32,589 bases of DNA from Candidatus Aenigmatarchaeota archaeon (GCA_039000165.1 JAWBTW010000008.1:1-32589), one strand, 5' to 3'. Positions 1 through 9,649 are shown, numbered from the stretch's first letter. Notes: generated by a model from the letters alone, not told the origin. Numbers and translations are program-made.

Positions 1-157
1 CTTTTTTATCCTTTTCCGGAAGATCCTTCAATTTTTTGTAAATTATAGCAGGAGGCAAATTTATAGAAAAACTCACGGTTTTCAAGTAAGGGTTTTGATT
101 AGAATAAACGCAAGGAATTTCAATTTCCTTGTTTCTTATGTATACTTCAACTTTCAC
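1..157 (-). CDS. Hypothetical protein, N-terminal part (runs off window)
   Basis: Open frame from GTG at 157 (MKVEVYIRNKEIEIPCVYSNQ...) to the window edge; TATA-like box about 25 nt upstream; not in ORF track. Confidence 0.5.
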   Translation of the reverse strand, partial: MKVEVYIRNKEIEIPCVYSNQNPYLKTVSFSINLPPAIIYKKLKDLPEKDKK

Positions 158-265
158 TAATTAAATTTAGGAAGAAAAAATTAAATCCCTTTATCGTTTT
201 GAATGAAATGGAAGTAAGTTCCGTTTTGAATTATTTTTCAATTAACTTAAAGAAATAGTTTTTTT

Positions 266-306
266 GAAACTACCATAGGATAAGCTGTTTATCAAGTCCT
301 GGCAAC
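266..306 (-). other. 3' arm of pre-23S processing stem (BHB)
   Basis: Inverted repeat of 3546-3586; GUCCUGGCAAC/GUUGCCAGGAC helix, GAG bulge, UCAA/UUGA 4-bp helix, UAA bulge, then a long outer helix starting with one mismatch. Confidence 0.9.
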
Positions 307-610
307 CTCGGGCGATTAGGAAAGGCGGGCTGAACGCCTCGCTCGAAAGCTTGGCGCGTACACCCCCTTCCTATCAACCTCCTCGTCTAGGAGAGCCCTC
401 GTTGCTCTACCGTTCCTTGCGGAACAGCAGAGCAATTGGCTGTCTATTTTCCCGGGCGGTTTCGTCCTTAGATGCCTTCAGGACTTATCCGCTATGGCTT
501 AGCTGCCCGGCTGTGCCATGAACAACCGGTAGACCAGAGGCCACGGATGGGTGTTCCTTTCGTACTCACCCATCCTTCCGGTCAGACAGCCAGCACCTCC
601 GGTAGATAGC

Positions 611-644
<34 letters not shown>

Positions 645-743
645 AACGTCCCCCTTTAACCAGTGGGCACCTGTACCCTTGGCCGCTACTGCACGGCCAG
701 GAGGGGGGGAGCCGACAGCGACGCACCAACGCGCCGGGTCAAT

Positions 744-786
744 TTACCCGCTCGTCGCTATCCTGTGGGATGAAAACCCCTGAGCT
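744..786 (-). other. 23S BHB intron, 43 nt, after E. coli-equivalent 2477 (H89)
   Basis: GCCC/GGGU central helix, AC|A and AA|A bulges, GCUC/GAGC intron stem; removal restores GAAAGCCCACAUUGAC. Confidence 0.9.
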
Positions 787-958
787 GTGGGCTTTCACCG
801 GCCACGGGCCCATTATCCCCGAGGTAGCTTTTCTGATACCACCGGCCGCCATTAAGGCGAACCGATGTATCGCTAGCCCAGGCTTTCGCCCTTGGATCCC
901 TCGCTTTGCGGGATCCAATCAACCCAGCTTTTGCGCTTACACTCTACTCCGGATTTCT

Positions 959-1054
959 TTCGGGTGTCAGAAGCTGGTTAAAGCTCATGAGCTACCTCCA
1001 TACTCATCTTTAATCATTCTGGAGCAGTGTAATCATAGCTTCAACTTCTGACAT
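959..1054 (-). other. 23S BHB intron, 96 nt, after E. coli-equivalent ~2306 (H84 loop); contains a box C/D guide layout
   Basis: CGGG/CCCG helix, UC|A and AA|A bulges, 9-bp UGUCAGAAG/CUUCUGACA stem; removal restores GGGUCAGAAAUCC. Confidence 0.95.
976..1045 (-). ncRNA. Intron-encoded box C/D-like guide RNA (predicted 23S G2251 and U2438)
   Basis: C AUGAUUA (1030-1036), guide CACUGCUCCAGA, D' AUGA, C' AAGAUGA, guide ending GAGGUAGCUC, D AUGA (985-988), closing stem GUUGAAGC/GCUUUAAC. Confidence 0.75.
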
Positions 1055-1109
1055 GACCCGGATGAGCTGAGCTTTGGGCGCCCTTGATCTCTTACCAAGG
1101 GCGTACCGC

Positions 1110-1193
1110 TTGCTGGTTTAGGAGCTGTTCAGACCGTATGCCCCTAATCATCTTTTCATAACTTAAGGGACTCTACATTCCAACTCCTAAACT
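1110..1193 (-). other. 23S BHB intron, 84 nt, in the P-loop after E. coli-equivalent G2252
   Basis: GCUG/CAGC helix, GG|A and AA|G bulges, 12-bp intron stem; removal restores GGCUGGGGCGGUAC. Confidence 0.95.
1116..1192 (-). ncRNA. Intron-encoded box C/D-like guide RNA with two 16S targets
   Basis: Degenerate C AUGUAGA, guide UCCCUUAAGUU, D' AUGA, C' AAGAUGA, guide GGGGCAUACGG(U), D CUGA; both 11-mers are perfectly complementary to 16S (6944-6954 and 6652-6662). Confidence 0.85.
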
Positions 1194-1346
1194 CCCAGCC
1201 GAACTGCCCATCTGACGCTGTCCCCTTACGGGTAAGCCGTAAGGTTGAAAAGGGCTGGTGTTACACTTTCCTCTCAGCCTCGGCCGAAGCCTACGCCTGA
1301 TAACGAGTCCCAGCTACTCTATGCAATTTCAACCTTACAGCAACGC

Positions 1347-1377
<31 letters not shown>

Positions 1378-1505
1378 TTTCCCACCGGAGGTCTCTGGCC
1401 TATTCACCAGAACAGCAATTTCGCTGGGTCCCAACCCAGGACAGCGGGGAAGTCGTTAAGCCGTTGAACGGGCCGTCAATTAAACGGCAAGGGATTGCGC
1501 TACTT

Positions 1506-1551
1506 ATGTCGCCCAGGCGGCGTATCATCAAATCAGATGACCGCCCTGAGT
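1506..1551 (-). other. 23S BHB-type intron, 46 nt, after E. coli-equivalent A1927 (just 3' of H69), with K-loop
   Basis: GUCG/CGAC helix, UA|A and AU|A bulges, CUCAGG/CCUGGG stem, imperfect outer helix; internal AUCUGA-UUU-GAUGAU K-loop. Confidence 0.92.
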
Positions 1552-3545
1552 TACGACGGTCAGAGTTACCGCCGCCGTTTGCCGGGGCTTCTCCCGGTTG
1601 GAACCGGGTTTCACACACCGGCACTGGGCAGACCTCAGAGACTGTACAAATCCTTTCGGACTAGCAGTCTCCTATGTTTTTGTTAAACAGTCGCTTCCCC
1701 CTTGTCACTGCGACCTGCTCTCCCTTTCGAGAGAACAGGCACCCCTTCTAGCGAACATACGGGGCCAGTTTGCCGATTTCCCTGGATTGGGTTCTCCCAA
1801 CACGCCTTCGCCTTCTCAGCGACCCTACCTGTGTCGGTTCTCGGTACGATCATGGAGGATCCTTCCAGCTTCCCTTTTCACGGGTTCCAGGAATCGGCCG
1901 AACTCCGCATACGCGGAGCTATTCCTGTCTTCACCTACTTCTCCTCATTACGAGACTCCGTAGGCTTCAACAGTTAACTTGCGTCGGCCTATCCTGAAAC
2001 GTCGGAAAGCTGGCTTGCGTTGCCGCACGTACCTCCATGGTATCGGAATATTAACCGATTTCCCCTTCGAGCGCTTCGGTTAAGAGCGCCCTTAGGATCG
2101 ACTAACTGCCAGCTGACGAACATTGCTGGCAAACCCTGAGGGTTCAGGCGGCTGGGATTTTCACCCAGCTATGCTGCTACTCATGGCAGGATCTTCAATT
2201 CTGCACGGTCCACTTGTTCTTACGAACAAGCTTCTACCCGTGCAGAACGCCTCCCTACCCCCTGCTTTCGCAGGTCTGGGGTATCGACAGCCGGCTTAGT
2301 CCCTTCCATTTTCAGGGCCCAAACCCTCGGCGGGTAAGCTGTTACGCACTTTTTAACTGATGGCTGCTTCTAAGCCTACAGCCCCGCTGTCTATGGGTTT
2401 GGACTCCCTTCTTCGTTTAGCCGGCATTTAGGGGTCTTAACCCCAGGTTGGGTTGTTCCCCTTTTGGGCACCGAGCTTAACCCAGTGCCCTCACTCTGGC
2501 CTTCTCAGGCAGCAGTAGATTCAGAGTTTGACAGGACGGCTGATGCTTTCGCACCTTGACCGTCCAATCAGTCTCTTTACCCTACTGCTTACCTCCGGCC
2601 AGGCTGAGCTGACGCTCATTTCGGGAGGAACCAGCTATCACCGGTCTCGATTGGCTTTTCACCCCTAACCCTGGGTCAACCGAGCGATTGGGTCTCAGCA
2701 CCGGTTCGGACCTCCATTCCTCTTTCGAGGAACTTCATCCTGCCCAGGGTTAGATCGACCGGCTTCGGGTCTTGCTCGAGTAATTTCGGGCGCTTTCACA
2801 CCCCGCCCCACGTCTCTTGCGAGACTACGGGCTTGTCGCTTTCGCTACGGCTACGGGGCTTAAACCCCTTAACCTCACTACTCGAGCAAACTCCCTGCCC
2901 CGTTTTTCAGAACGGATGCTAGGACACTGTAAGCTACTCCTCGTACTCTTCTCTTGCGAGAATTTCCTTCGGAGTAGCACCTTTCATGCCCTAGCTGACT
3001 ATGCCCAACTTGGTTTCAGGCTCTTTTCACCCCGCTTTCGCGGTACTTTTCAGCTTTCTCTCACGATACTAGTCCGCTATCGGACTTGGTTAGTATTTAG
3101 GGTTGGATGTTAATGCCACCCAAATTCCCACTCCATATCCAAGGAATGGTACTCAGGAGACTTGGCATTTTCCTTCTTGCCTTCCCCTACGGGACTATCA
3201 CCCTCTATGGTGGAGCTTTCCAGCTCACTTCGGGTCGACAAGCGAGGAAAGACCCAAGTCCTGTAACTCCACATCCTTTCTTTCTTTTCGAAAGAAAGTT
3301 CGGTTTGCCCTGTTCGGCTTTCGGTCGCCCCTACTCACCGAATCTCGTTTGATTTCTTTTCCTGCGCCTACTGAGATGCTTCACTTCGGCGCGTTCCCTC
3401 TCCTTCCGGAGTAGCCCTTAACGGGCTAGGAATCCCATTCGGCAATCCTGGGGTCAAATCCTCCATGCGGATAACCCAGGCTTATCGCAGCTTGGCACGG
3501 CCTTCTTCGGCTAACCAAGCCGAGCCATCCACCAAGTGGGCTACT

Positions 3546-3586
3546 GTTGCCAGGACCTCTTGACCAGCCTATCCTATGGTAGTTTC
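3546..3586 (-). other. 5' arm of pre-23S processing stem (BHB)
   Basis: Pairs with 266-306. Confidence 0.9.
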
Positions 3587-3593
3587 ATCTTCT

Positions 3594-3655
3594 GGTTTCA
3601 TAAAGACAGTTCGTTCTTCATCTTTCATCAGACGCTGTCAGTTAAGTCATCAACC
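3594..3655 (-). ncRNA. Box C/D-like guide RNA in the 23S leader (module A; predicted U2504 and A2600)
   Basis: C UUGAUGA, guide ending CUGACAGCG(U), D' CUGA, C' AAGAUGA, guide containing CGAACUGUCU, D AUGA, GGUU/AACC ends; matches 23S 712-720 and 614-624. Confidence 0.75.
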
Positions 3656-3702
3656 TCAACTCTTAAACCCTTATTATCAAAATAAGGATTCGCATCAAAG
3701 GA

Positions 3703-3760
3703 AGCTCGTTAGGTGCCCATTTCTTCATCTTTTATCAGTTAGAAGGGCAAACTCATAGCT
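3703..3760 (-). ncRNA. Box C/D-like guide RNA in the 23S leader (module B; predicted U2552)
   Basis: Co-varied K-turn AUGAGUU/AACGA, D' CUGA, C' AAGAUGA; guide UGGGCACCU perfectly complementary to the A-loop at 664-672. Confidence 0.75.
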
Positions 3761-3829
3761 AAACAAAAAGGCCGATGTTCAAGCTAAGCAGACATAACGA
3801 CACCGGCAACTAATTTATTAGTTTTTATA

Positions 3830-3846
3830 ATTTAAAAGCTTTATCC
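3830..3846 (-). promoter_or_regulatory. Putative BRE/TATA promoter of the pre-23S transcript
   Basis: Minus strand GGATAAAGC-TTTTAAAT, about 20 nt upstream of where the GC-richer structured leader begins (~3810). Confidence 0.6.
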
Positions 3847-3900
3847 TATTTAAGCTTTATCGTTTTTTTAAAACGACGTGAGTTGAAGTTAAATTAACAA

Positions 3901-3972
3901 TGGACCGGCGGGGATTTGAACCCCGAACCTCCTCGTTGCAAGCGAGGCGATCTACCGTTGATCTACCGGCCC
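3901..3972 (-). tRNA. tRNA-Ala(UGC)
   Basis: Cloverleaf, CCUCG-CU-UGC-AA-CGAGG anticodon arm, G3-U70 pair, no encoded CCA. Confidence 0.97.
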
Positions 3973-4121
3973 AATTAATTATTTCTAATTTAGTTAAGAT
4001 GAAGATAAAATTTTATCCTTACGATTTTAAGTCGTTCGGAATCCTTTACTTTTTCTGAAAAATTCTTCGAGAAATTTTTCAATTTTTTAAGCTTTAAATT
4101 CTTTACTACTTTTTTATAAGT

Positions 4122-4846
4122 ATGGAAAGGGAGGAAGACATAGAAGTAGAGTTCCAATCAACTCTAGAGGAAATTAAAGAAAAAACGGGCTTTAAAAAAG
4201 AGTGTATTTTAGATCTCTTTATCTTCGAACTTTGCAGAAGAGAAAAAAAGCACATCAAAATTTTAGGAAACATCCAATCGGTATAGCTCATCTTATTTCT
4301 CTGTACATCGATCCCTCTCTCTTGAATTATTCAATAGTCGAAGGTCCTGGAGCACCTATTAAAAAAACTCTTCATCCTTCTTCAACTTTTCTTGATGAAG
4401 AGAAAATAGAGTATGTTGATTATTTTTGTAGCTACTTTCTAATTAGTCCTAATATGCCTGTGCCAAGAAAAGAGTTAAAGGATAGCATCTTAGTCTGTTT
4501 ACTTTCTGATTTAGAAACTCCTTATAGAATAGGATTGATAAATCCTTCTCGAGTATTAGGCATAAAAATTGAAATGGATAAATATGATGAAGGAAACATT
4601 AACTCTCAACTCTGTACCTTCAGAAAATTTTATGGTTGTAACCAAATTCATAGAATTAGTGATGAAGAATTATACGAGTACACAAAAGAAAAAATGAAAG
4701 AGAAGTTTGCAGACTATGAAAAGAGAAGTGAAACCTTGTATAAAATCTTCAAACCATTTTATGAAACTTACAGAAGTTTTCTAATCAAGGAGCTTGAAAG
4801 ATTGGCTAGAGAACTCATGGGAAAACATAGAACATATGTAACGTAA
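4122..4846 (+). pseudogene. Hypothetical protein split by a -1 frameshift (4122-4286 plus frame ending 4846)
   Basis: ATG at 4122 lies about 24 nt after a TTTAAA box; the 54-aa frame overlaps a -1 frame open from 4196 to 4846. Confidence 0.5.
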
Positions 4847-4935
4847 AAATGCAAGTCTTATTAAGTAAAAAGTTCTTTTCATTTTCTTTGCTCTGAAATA
4901 TTAGTGATTTAAAGCTTACGATTATTTAATTTATT

Positions 4936-5742
4936 ATGCCTTTGGTAACAATCCATTACCATACAAAAGAAGGAGAAAAACTTAACCTAGGAAAAACTTC
5001 AAAAAAATTAGCAGAAGATTTTGAAAAAAGCAAAGTAGATTATCTTATTCTTACTGACAAAGCTTTTGCGTGTGAAAAAATCGATTTGCCGATAAAAGCT
5101 TTCAAAAAAATCAAATCTTACCTTAAAGCAAAAAAAGAAAACTTGCTTTTTGGTTTAGAATTTTTAACTTTCGACAATTATCATATTTTGGGTTTATGCT
5201 TAACTCCAGAAAAATGGGAAAACAAGGTATCGCCAAAAAATTTAGAAGATGTTTGCAAGAGTGTAGAAAGGGACGAAGGATTTATTGTCGTTCCGCACCA
5301 GTTTGGACCCTGCGGGTTGGGTAAAAGAGCGGATGAGATAATTAAACTTTACGAAAAAGGTGAAATTTGTCATAAACCTTTCATAGAAGTAAGCTATTAC
5401 TTGGAATCTATCCCTTCATTAAAAAAAGGTCTTAAAAAAGCAAACAAAGAAGCTATAAATTATGCTAGAAAAAACAACTTGGCCTTGATTTCTGGCTTAG
5501 ACTCAAGGTTCAAAAATTTTGATTTAGCTTTTAATTTCTTTAAAGAAGATATAACTAACTGCTTAGAAAAAGCTTCGTTACAAGGCTTTAACAACAATTA
5601 TATAATTCCTTACATTACTCCTTCGCATACTCCCATGCTTATGGAAACCATATATTTGCTAAGAGATCATACGATTGGTTTCCTAAGAACTGGTAAATTT
5701 GAAATAGCTAGTTATTTCCTGAGTCAAATAAGTAAGAGTTAA
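4936..5742 (+). CDS. PHP-domain phosphoesterase-like protein with degenerate metal ligands
   Basis: Motif order HYHT / LTDK / GLE..HILGL / VPHQF / IEV / GLDSR resembles PHP HxH, TDH, GxE, AHP, SDAH. Confidence 0.7.
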   Translation: MPLVTIHYHTKEGEKLNLGKTSKKLAEDFEKSKVDYLILTDKAFACEKIDLPIKAFKKIKSYLKAKKENLLFGLEFLTFDNYHILGLCLTPEKWENKVSPKNLEDVCKSVERDEGFIVVPHQFGPCGLGKRADEIIKLYEKGEICHKPFIEVSYYLESIPSLKKGLKKANKEAINYARKNNLALISGLDSRFKNFDLAFNFFKEDITNCLEKASLQGFNNNYIIPYITPSHTPMLMETIYLLRDHTIGFLRTGKFEIASYFLSQISKS

Positions 5743-5770
5743 ATCTTTTAAAGTATTTTTATTTTCAAAG

Positions 5771-6223
5771 ATGACAGAAGTAAAAAACTATGTTGGAATT
5801 CTTTTCGGGTTAGATAAGGATAGAGACGCGAGAAACTATTGCTTAAAACTGATGAAGAAATACGAGAATAATGAGAATTTTATTTTTGTTGACTTGGAAT
5901 GTTTTGCGAAAAAGGAAAGCAAAATAAAAGTTCTGTCAAAATTCTCTAAAGTTTGTTTTGGTGTGCACAGTTGTGATGATTATTCACCAACGATTTTTGA
6001 ACTAGAGTTCTGTGATAAAGGTATTGTTAGGGATTTGGCTTTTTATTTACAAGAAAAAAAACTTGTCGATAGGTTGTTCCCTTATCCTTATGAGATGTGG
6101 AAGTTAAGAGACTTTCCTACAAATTTTGGTATCATAGAAATTTTCGGAAATGAAAAGGCTTTTCATCGTTTCGAACAATTACTTCTTCAAACTTTGGAAT
6201 TCTTAAAAACTCAAAGAATTTAA
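5771..6223 (+). CDS. Hypothetical protein
   Basis: 150-aa ORF with typical composition; no family recognised. Confidence 0.7.
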   Translation: MTEVKNYVGILFGLDKDRDARNYCLKLMKKYENNENFIFVDLECFAKKESKIKVLSKFSKVCFGVHSCDDYSPTIFELEFCDKGIVRDLAFYLQEKKLVDRLFPYPYEMWKLRDFPTNFGIIEIFGNEKAFHRFEQLLLQTLEFLKTQRI

Positions 6224-6283
6224 ATTTTTGTTAGACGTCTAACATTAATACAACCTATACCTTTCTTTTGATAAAAAGAAAGA

Positions 6284-6318
6284 AGGTAGCGATTTTTGGT
6301 GCCTAGAGGTATTACCGC
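6284..6318 (-). other. 3' arm of pre-16S processing stem (BHB)
   Basis: AAUACCUCUAGG-CACC-AAA-AAUC pairs with GAUU-GGUG-AAA-CCUAGAGGUAUU at 7889-7911; canonical BHB. Confidence 0.92.
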
Positions 6319-6331
6319 ACACAAAGACTTA

Positions 6332-7881
<1,550 letters not shown>

Positions 7882-7883
7882 TG

Positions 7884-7920
7884 GCGGGAATACCTCTAGG
7901 TTTCACCAATCAACCTACCT
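7884..7920 (-). other. 5' arm of pre-16S processing stem (BHB)
   Basis: Pairs with 6284-6318. Confidence 0.92.
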
Positions 7921-7947
7921 GAAGCACTACTTCAGGATTAAGTTTGT

Positions 7948-8021
7948 CTCATGAGCAGGAATAGAACTTTTCATCCTGCCGTTAAGTCGGTAAAGTCAAA
8001 GTCCAACGCCATGCCCATGAG
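7948..8021 (-). ncRNA. Structured 16S leader domain with a 15-nt antisense element to 16S h35
   Basis: CUCAUGGGCA/UGCUCAUGAG stem encloses ACCGACUUAACGGCA (7977-7991), exact complement of 16S 6770-6784. Confidence 0.65.
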
Positions 8022-8048
8022 GCTATTTAAAAGAATTGTTTTCAAAGT

Positions 8049-8064
8049 ATTTATAAGTTTTTCG
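8049..8064 (-). promoter_or_regulatory. BRE/TATA promoter of the pre-16S transcript
   Basis: Minus strand CGAAAAA-C-TTATAAAT, about 26 nt upstream of the leader start (~8023). Confidence 0.7.
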
Positions 8065-8085
8065 TTTTACTTAAAAAAGTGAAAA

Positions 8086-8724
8086 TCATTTTTTAAAGAA
8101 AACCCACTCACAAAACTTATCTCCCATTCCTTCACATTTAGTTTCTTCAACTTCCCATTTTCCTCCTACTAAAGCTTCTAGAAAGCCAGCTATATAACCT
8201 GGCTCATGGATACAAACTGGATACCGAGTTTTTTTCATAACTTCTTTTACTGCTTTGCAAGAAAGAGAACCTTTTACCTTTACTACAACTTTATTATCTT
8301 CTTCCTTTATTTCATTTAAAATATTCTCAAAAGAAACTTCTCGCAGCTCGTTATTTTTTCCTACTTTAATCTCAAGAATTTTTTCTATGTGCCCTAAGTC
8401 TATCCAAAATTCAAGAAGTTTAATTATTTTTTCTTTTGGTAAAATTTTTTTAAGTTCTTTTGTTTCTTCATAGCCATTCTTTTTATAACTCATTCTCATC
8501 GTTGCAACTACACCAGGACCATGAATTTTTATGAGTTCTTCTATAAGTCTTCCCCAGTCTTTTGCCTCCATAGGAAAAACTGGTATAATACCAAAGAATT
8601 TTATTCCGCCTTTTTCTACCGTTACAACTTCCTTGATTCCTATTTCTCCGTTAACATATTTTCTAAAAAGAGAAGCACCTTCTAAGCTTTTCCAGAACGA
8701 TGTTAATTTTTCTTTTACTCCCAT
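8086..8724 (-). CDS. V4R (4-vinyl reductase-like) domain protein
   Basis: C-terminal PVC..E.GYIAGFLE...EVEETKC..MGD.FCEW signature; ATG at 8724 preferred over the upstream GTG. Confidence 0.85.
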   Translation of the reverse strand: MGVKEKLTSFWKSLEGASLFRKYVNGEIGIKEVVTVEKGGIKFFGIIPVFPMEAKDWGRLIEELIKIHGPGVVATMRMSYKKNGYEETKELKKILPKEKIIKLLEFWIDLGHIEKILEIKVGKNNELREVSFENILNEIKEEDNKVVVKVKGSLSCKAVKEVMKKTRYPVCIHEPGYIAGFLEALVGGKWEVEETKCEGMGDKFCEWVFFKK

Positions 8725-8769
8725 CTTCTCATAATTAATTTGAGTATTTAGCACTTTATTTTTAAGATT

Positions 8770-9507
8770 TTATACTCTGTAAGCCGAGCCTTCTTCCAAA
8801 ATTTTTAACTCAGAGCTTATGGTATTAAAGTTATCATCCAAATGAGCAAGATAAATTTTCTCTTTTATATGCTTTGGTAATCGAATAAGTTCTTTATACT
8901 GCGTATGAATTCCATATCCAACTTCATGAATAATCATTCTACATGGCGACAAAAATTCTATTAATTCAGGGTCAAAAGAAGTATCTGAACTGTAGCCTAG
9001 TATGCCATTAACTTTAATCGCAAAACAGGGTACGACATGCTTTGTTTTTTTAATCTCAACTTTTAAATTGTTTACTTTGTTTATCTTTCCAAATTCTAAA
9101 ATTTTTGTTTGGAAGTAAAAATCTAAAGAAACTTTTTCTAAAGAAAAATTTTCTGTATAAATTCTTTGCATACTGGCTTTAAGTTTATTCTCCCATAAAT
9201 CTTCAAAAACTTCTTTTATAGAATAAATGTTTGGCTTTTTCTTTTCTACAAAATGTTTCCAAAATCCAAAAGCTTCTAAACCGTTAGAATGATCGCCGTG
9301 TAAATGGGTTACTATAACATCGTTTATTTCCTCAATTCCTAATTTTTTGCCAGACCTTTCTCTAAATTCTCTTAAAATTTTTCTTAGCATACTGGGACAT
9401 TCAACTAGTGTATATTTTCCAGAAGAATTAATTACAAAGCTTGTTGGGTTACGTTTTTCTGAATAAGCATTACCAGAACCAAGTACAAAAATCTCCATTT
9501 CATTCAC
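8770..9507 (-). CDS. MBL-fold metallo-hydrolase (RNase Z/BN-like)
   Basis: LGSG start, THLHGDH, later H, YSSDT, HE, HT and AH motifs. Confidence 0.85.
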   Translation of the reverse strand: MNEMEIFVLGSGNAYSEKRNPTSFVINSSGKYTLVECPSMLRKILREFRERSGKKLGIEEINDVIVTHLHGDHSNGLEAFGFWKHFVEKKKPNIYSIKEVFEDLWENKLKASMQRIYTENFSLEKVSLDFYFQTKILEFGKINKVNNLKVEIKKTKHVVPCFAIKVNGILGYSSDTSFDPELIEFLSPCRMIIHEVGYGIHTQYKELIRLPKHIKEKIYLAHLDDNFNTISSELKILEEGSAYRV

Positions 9508-9649
9508 ATTTTTCCACTTCTATACTGTTAATTTAAATCAAATTTTTAAATTTTTAAAATTTCTGAAAGATGAAGTCTAATCCTGAAACTACTTAAGTTT
9601 ACTAAAATATCCAAAAATTCTTCTGTAGGTTTGAAGGATGAGAAACTTG

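Noticed and set aside
402..435. 15-bp GCAA-capped hairpin near the 23S 3' end as a fifth intron
   Set aside because: No BHB bulges; position fits variable helix 98
2921..2990. Long branched segment in 23S domain II as an insertion
   Set aside because: Resembles the normal extended archaeal helix 25 region; no BHB
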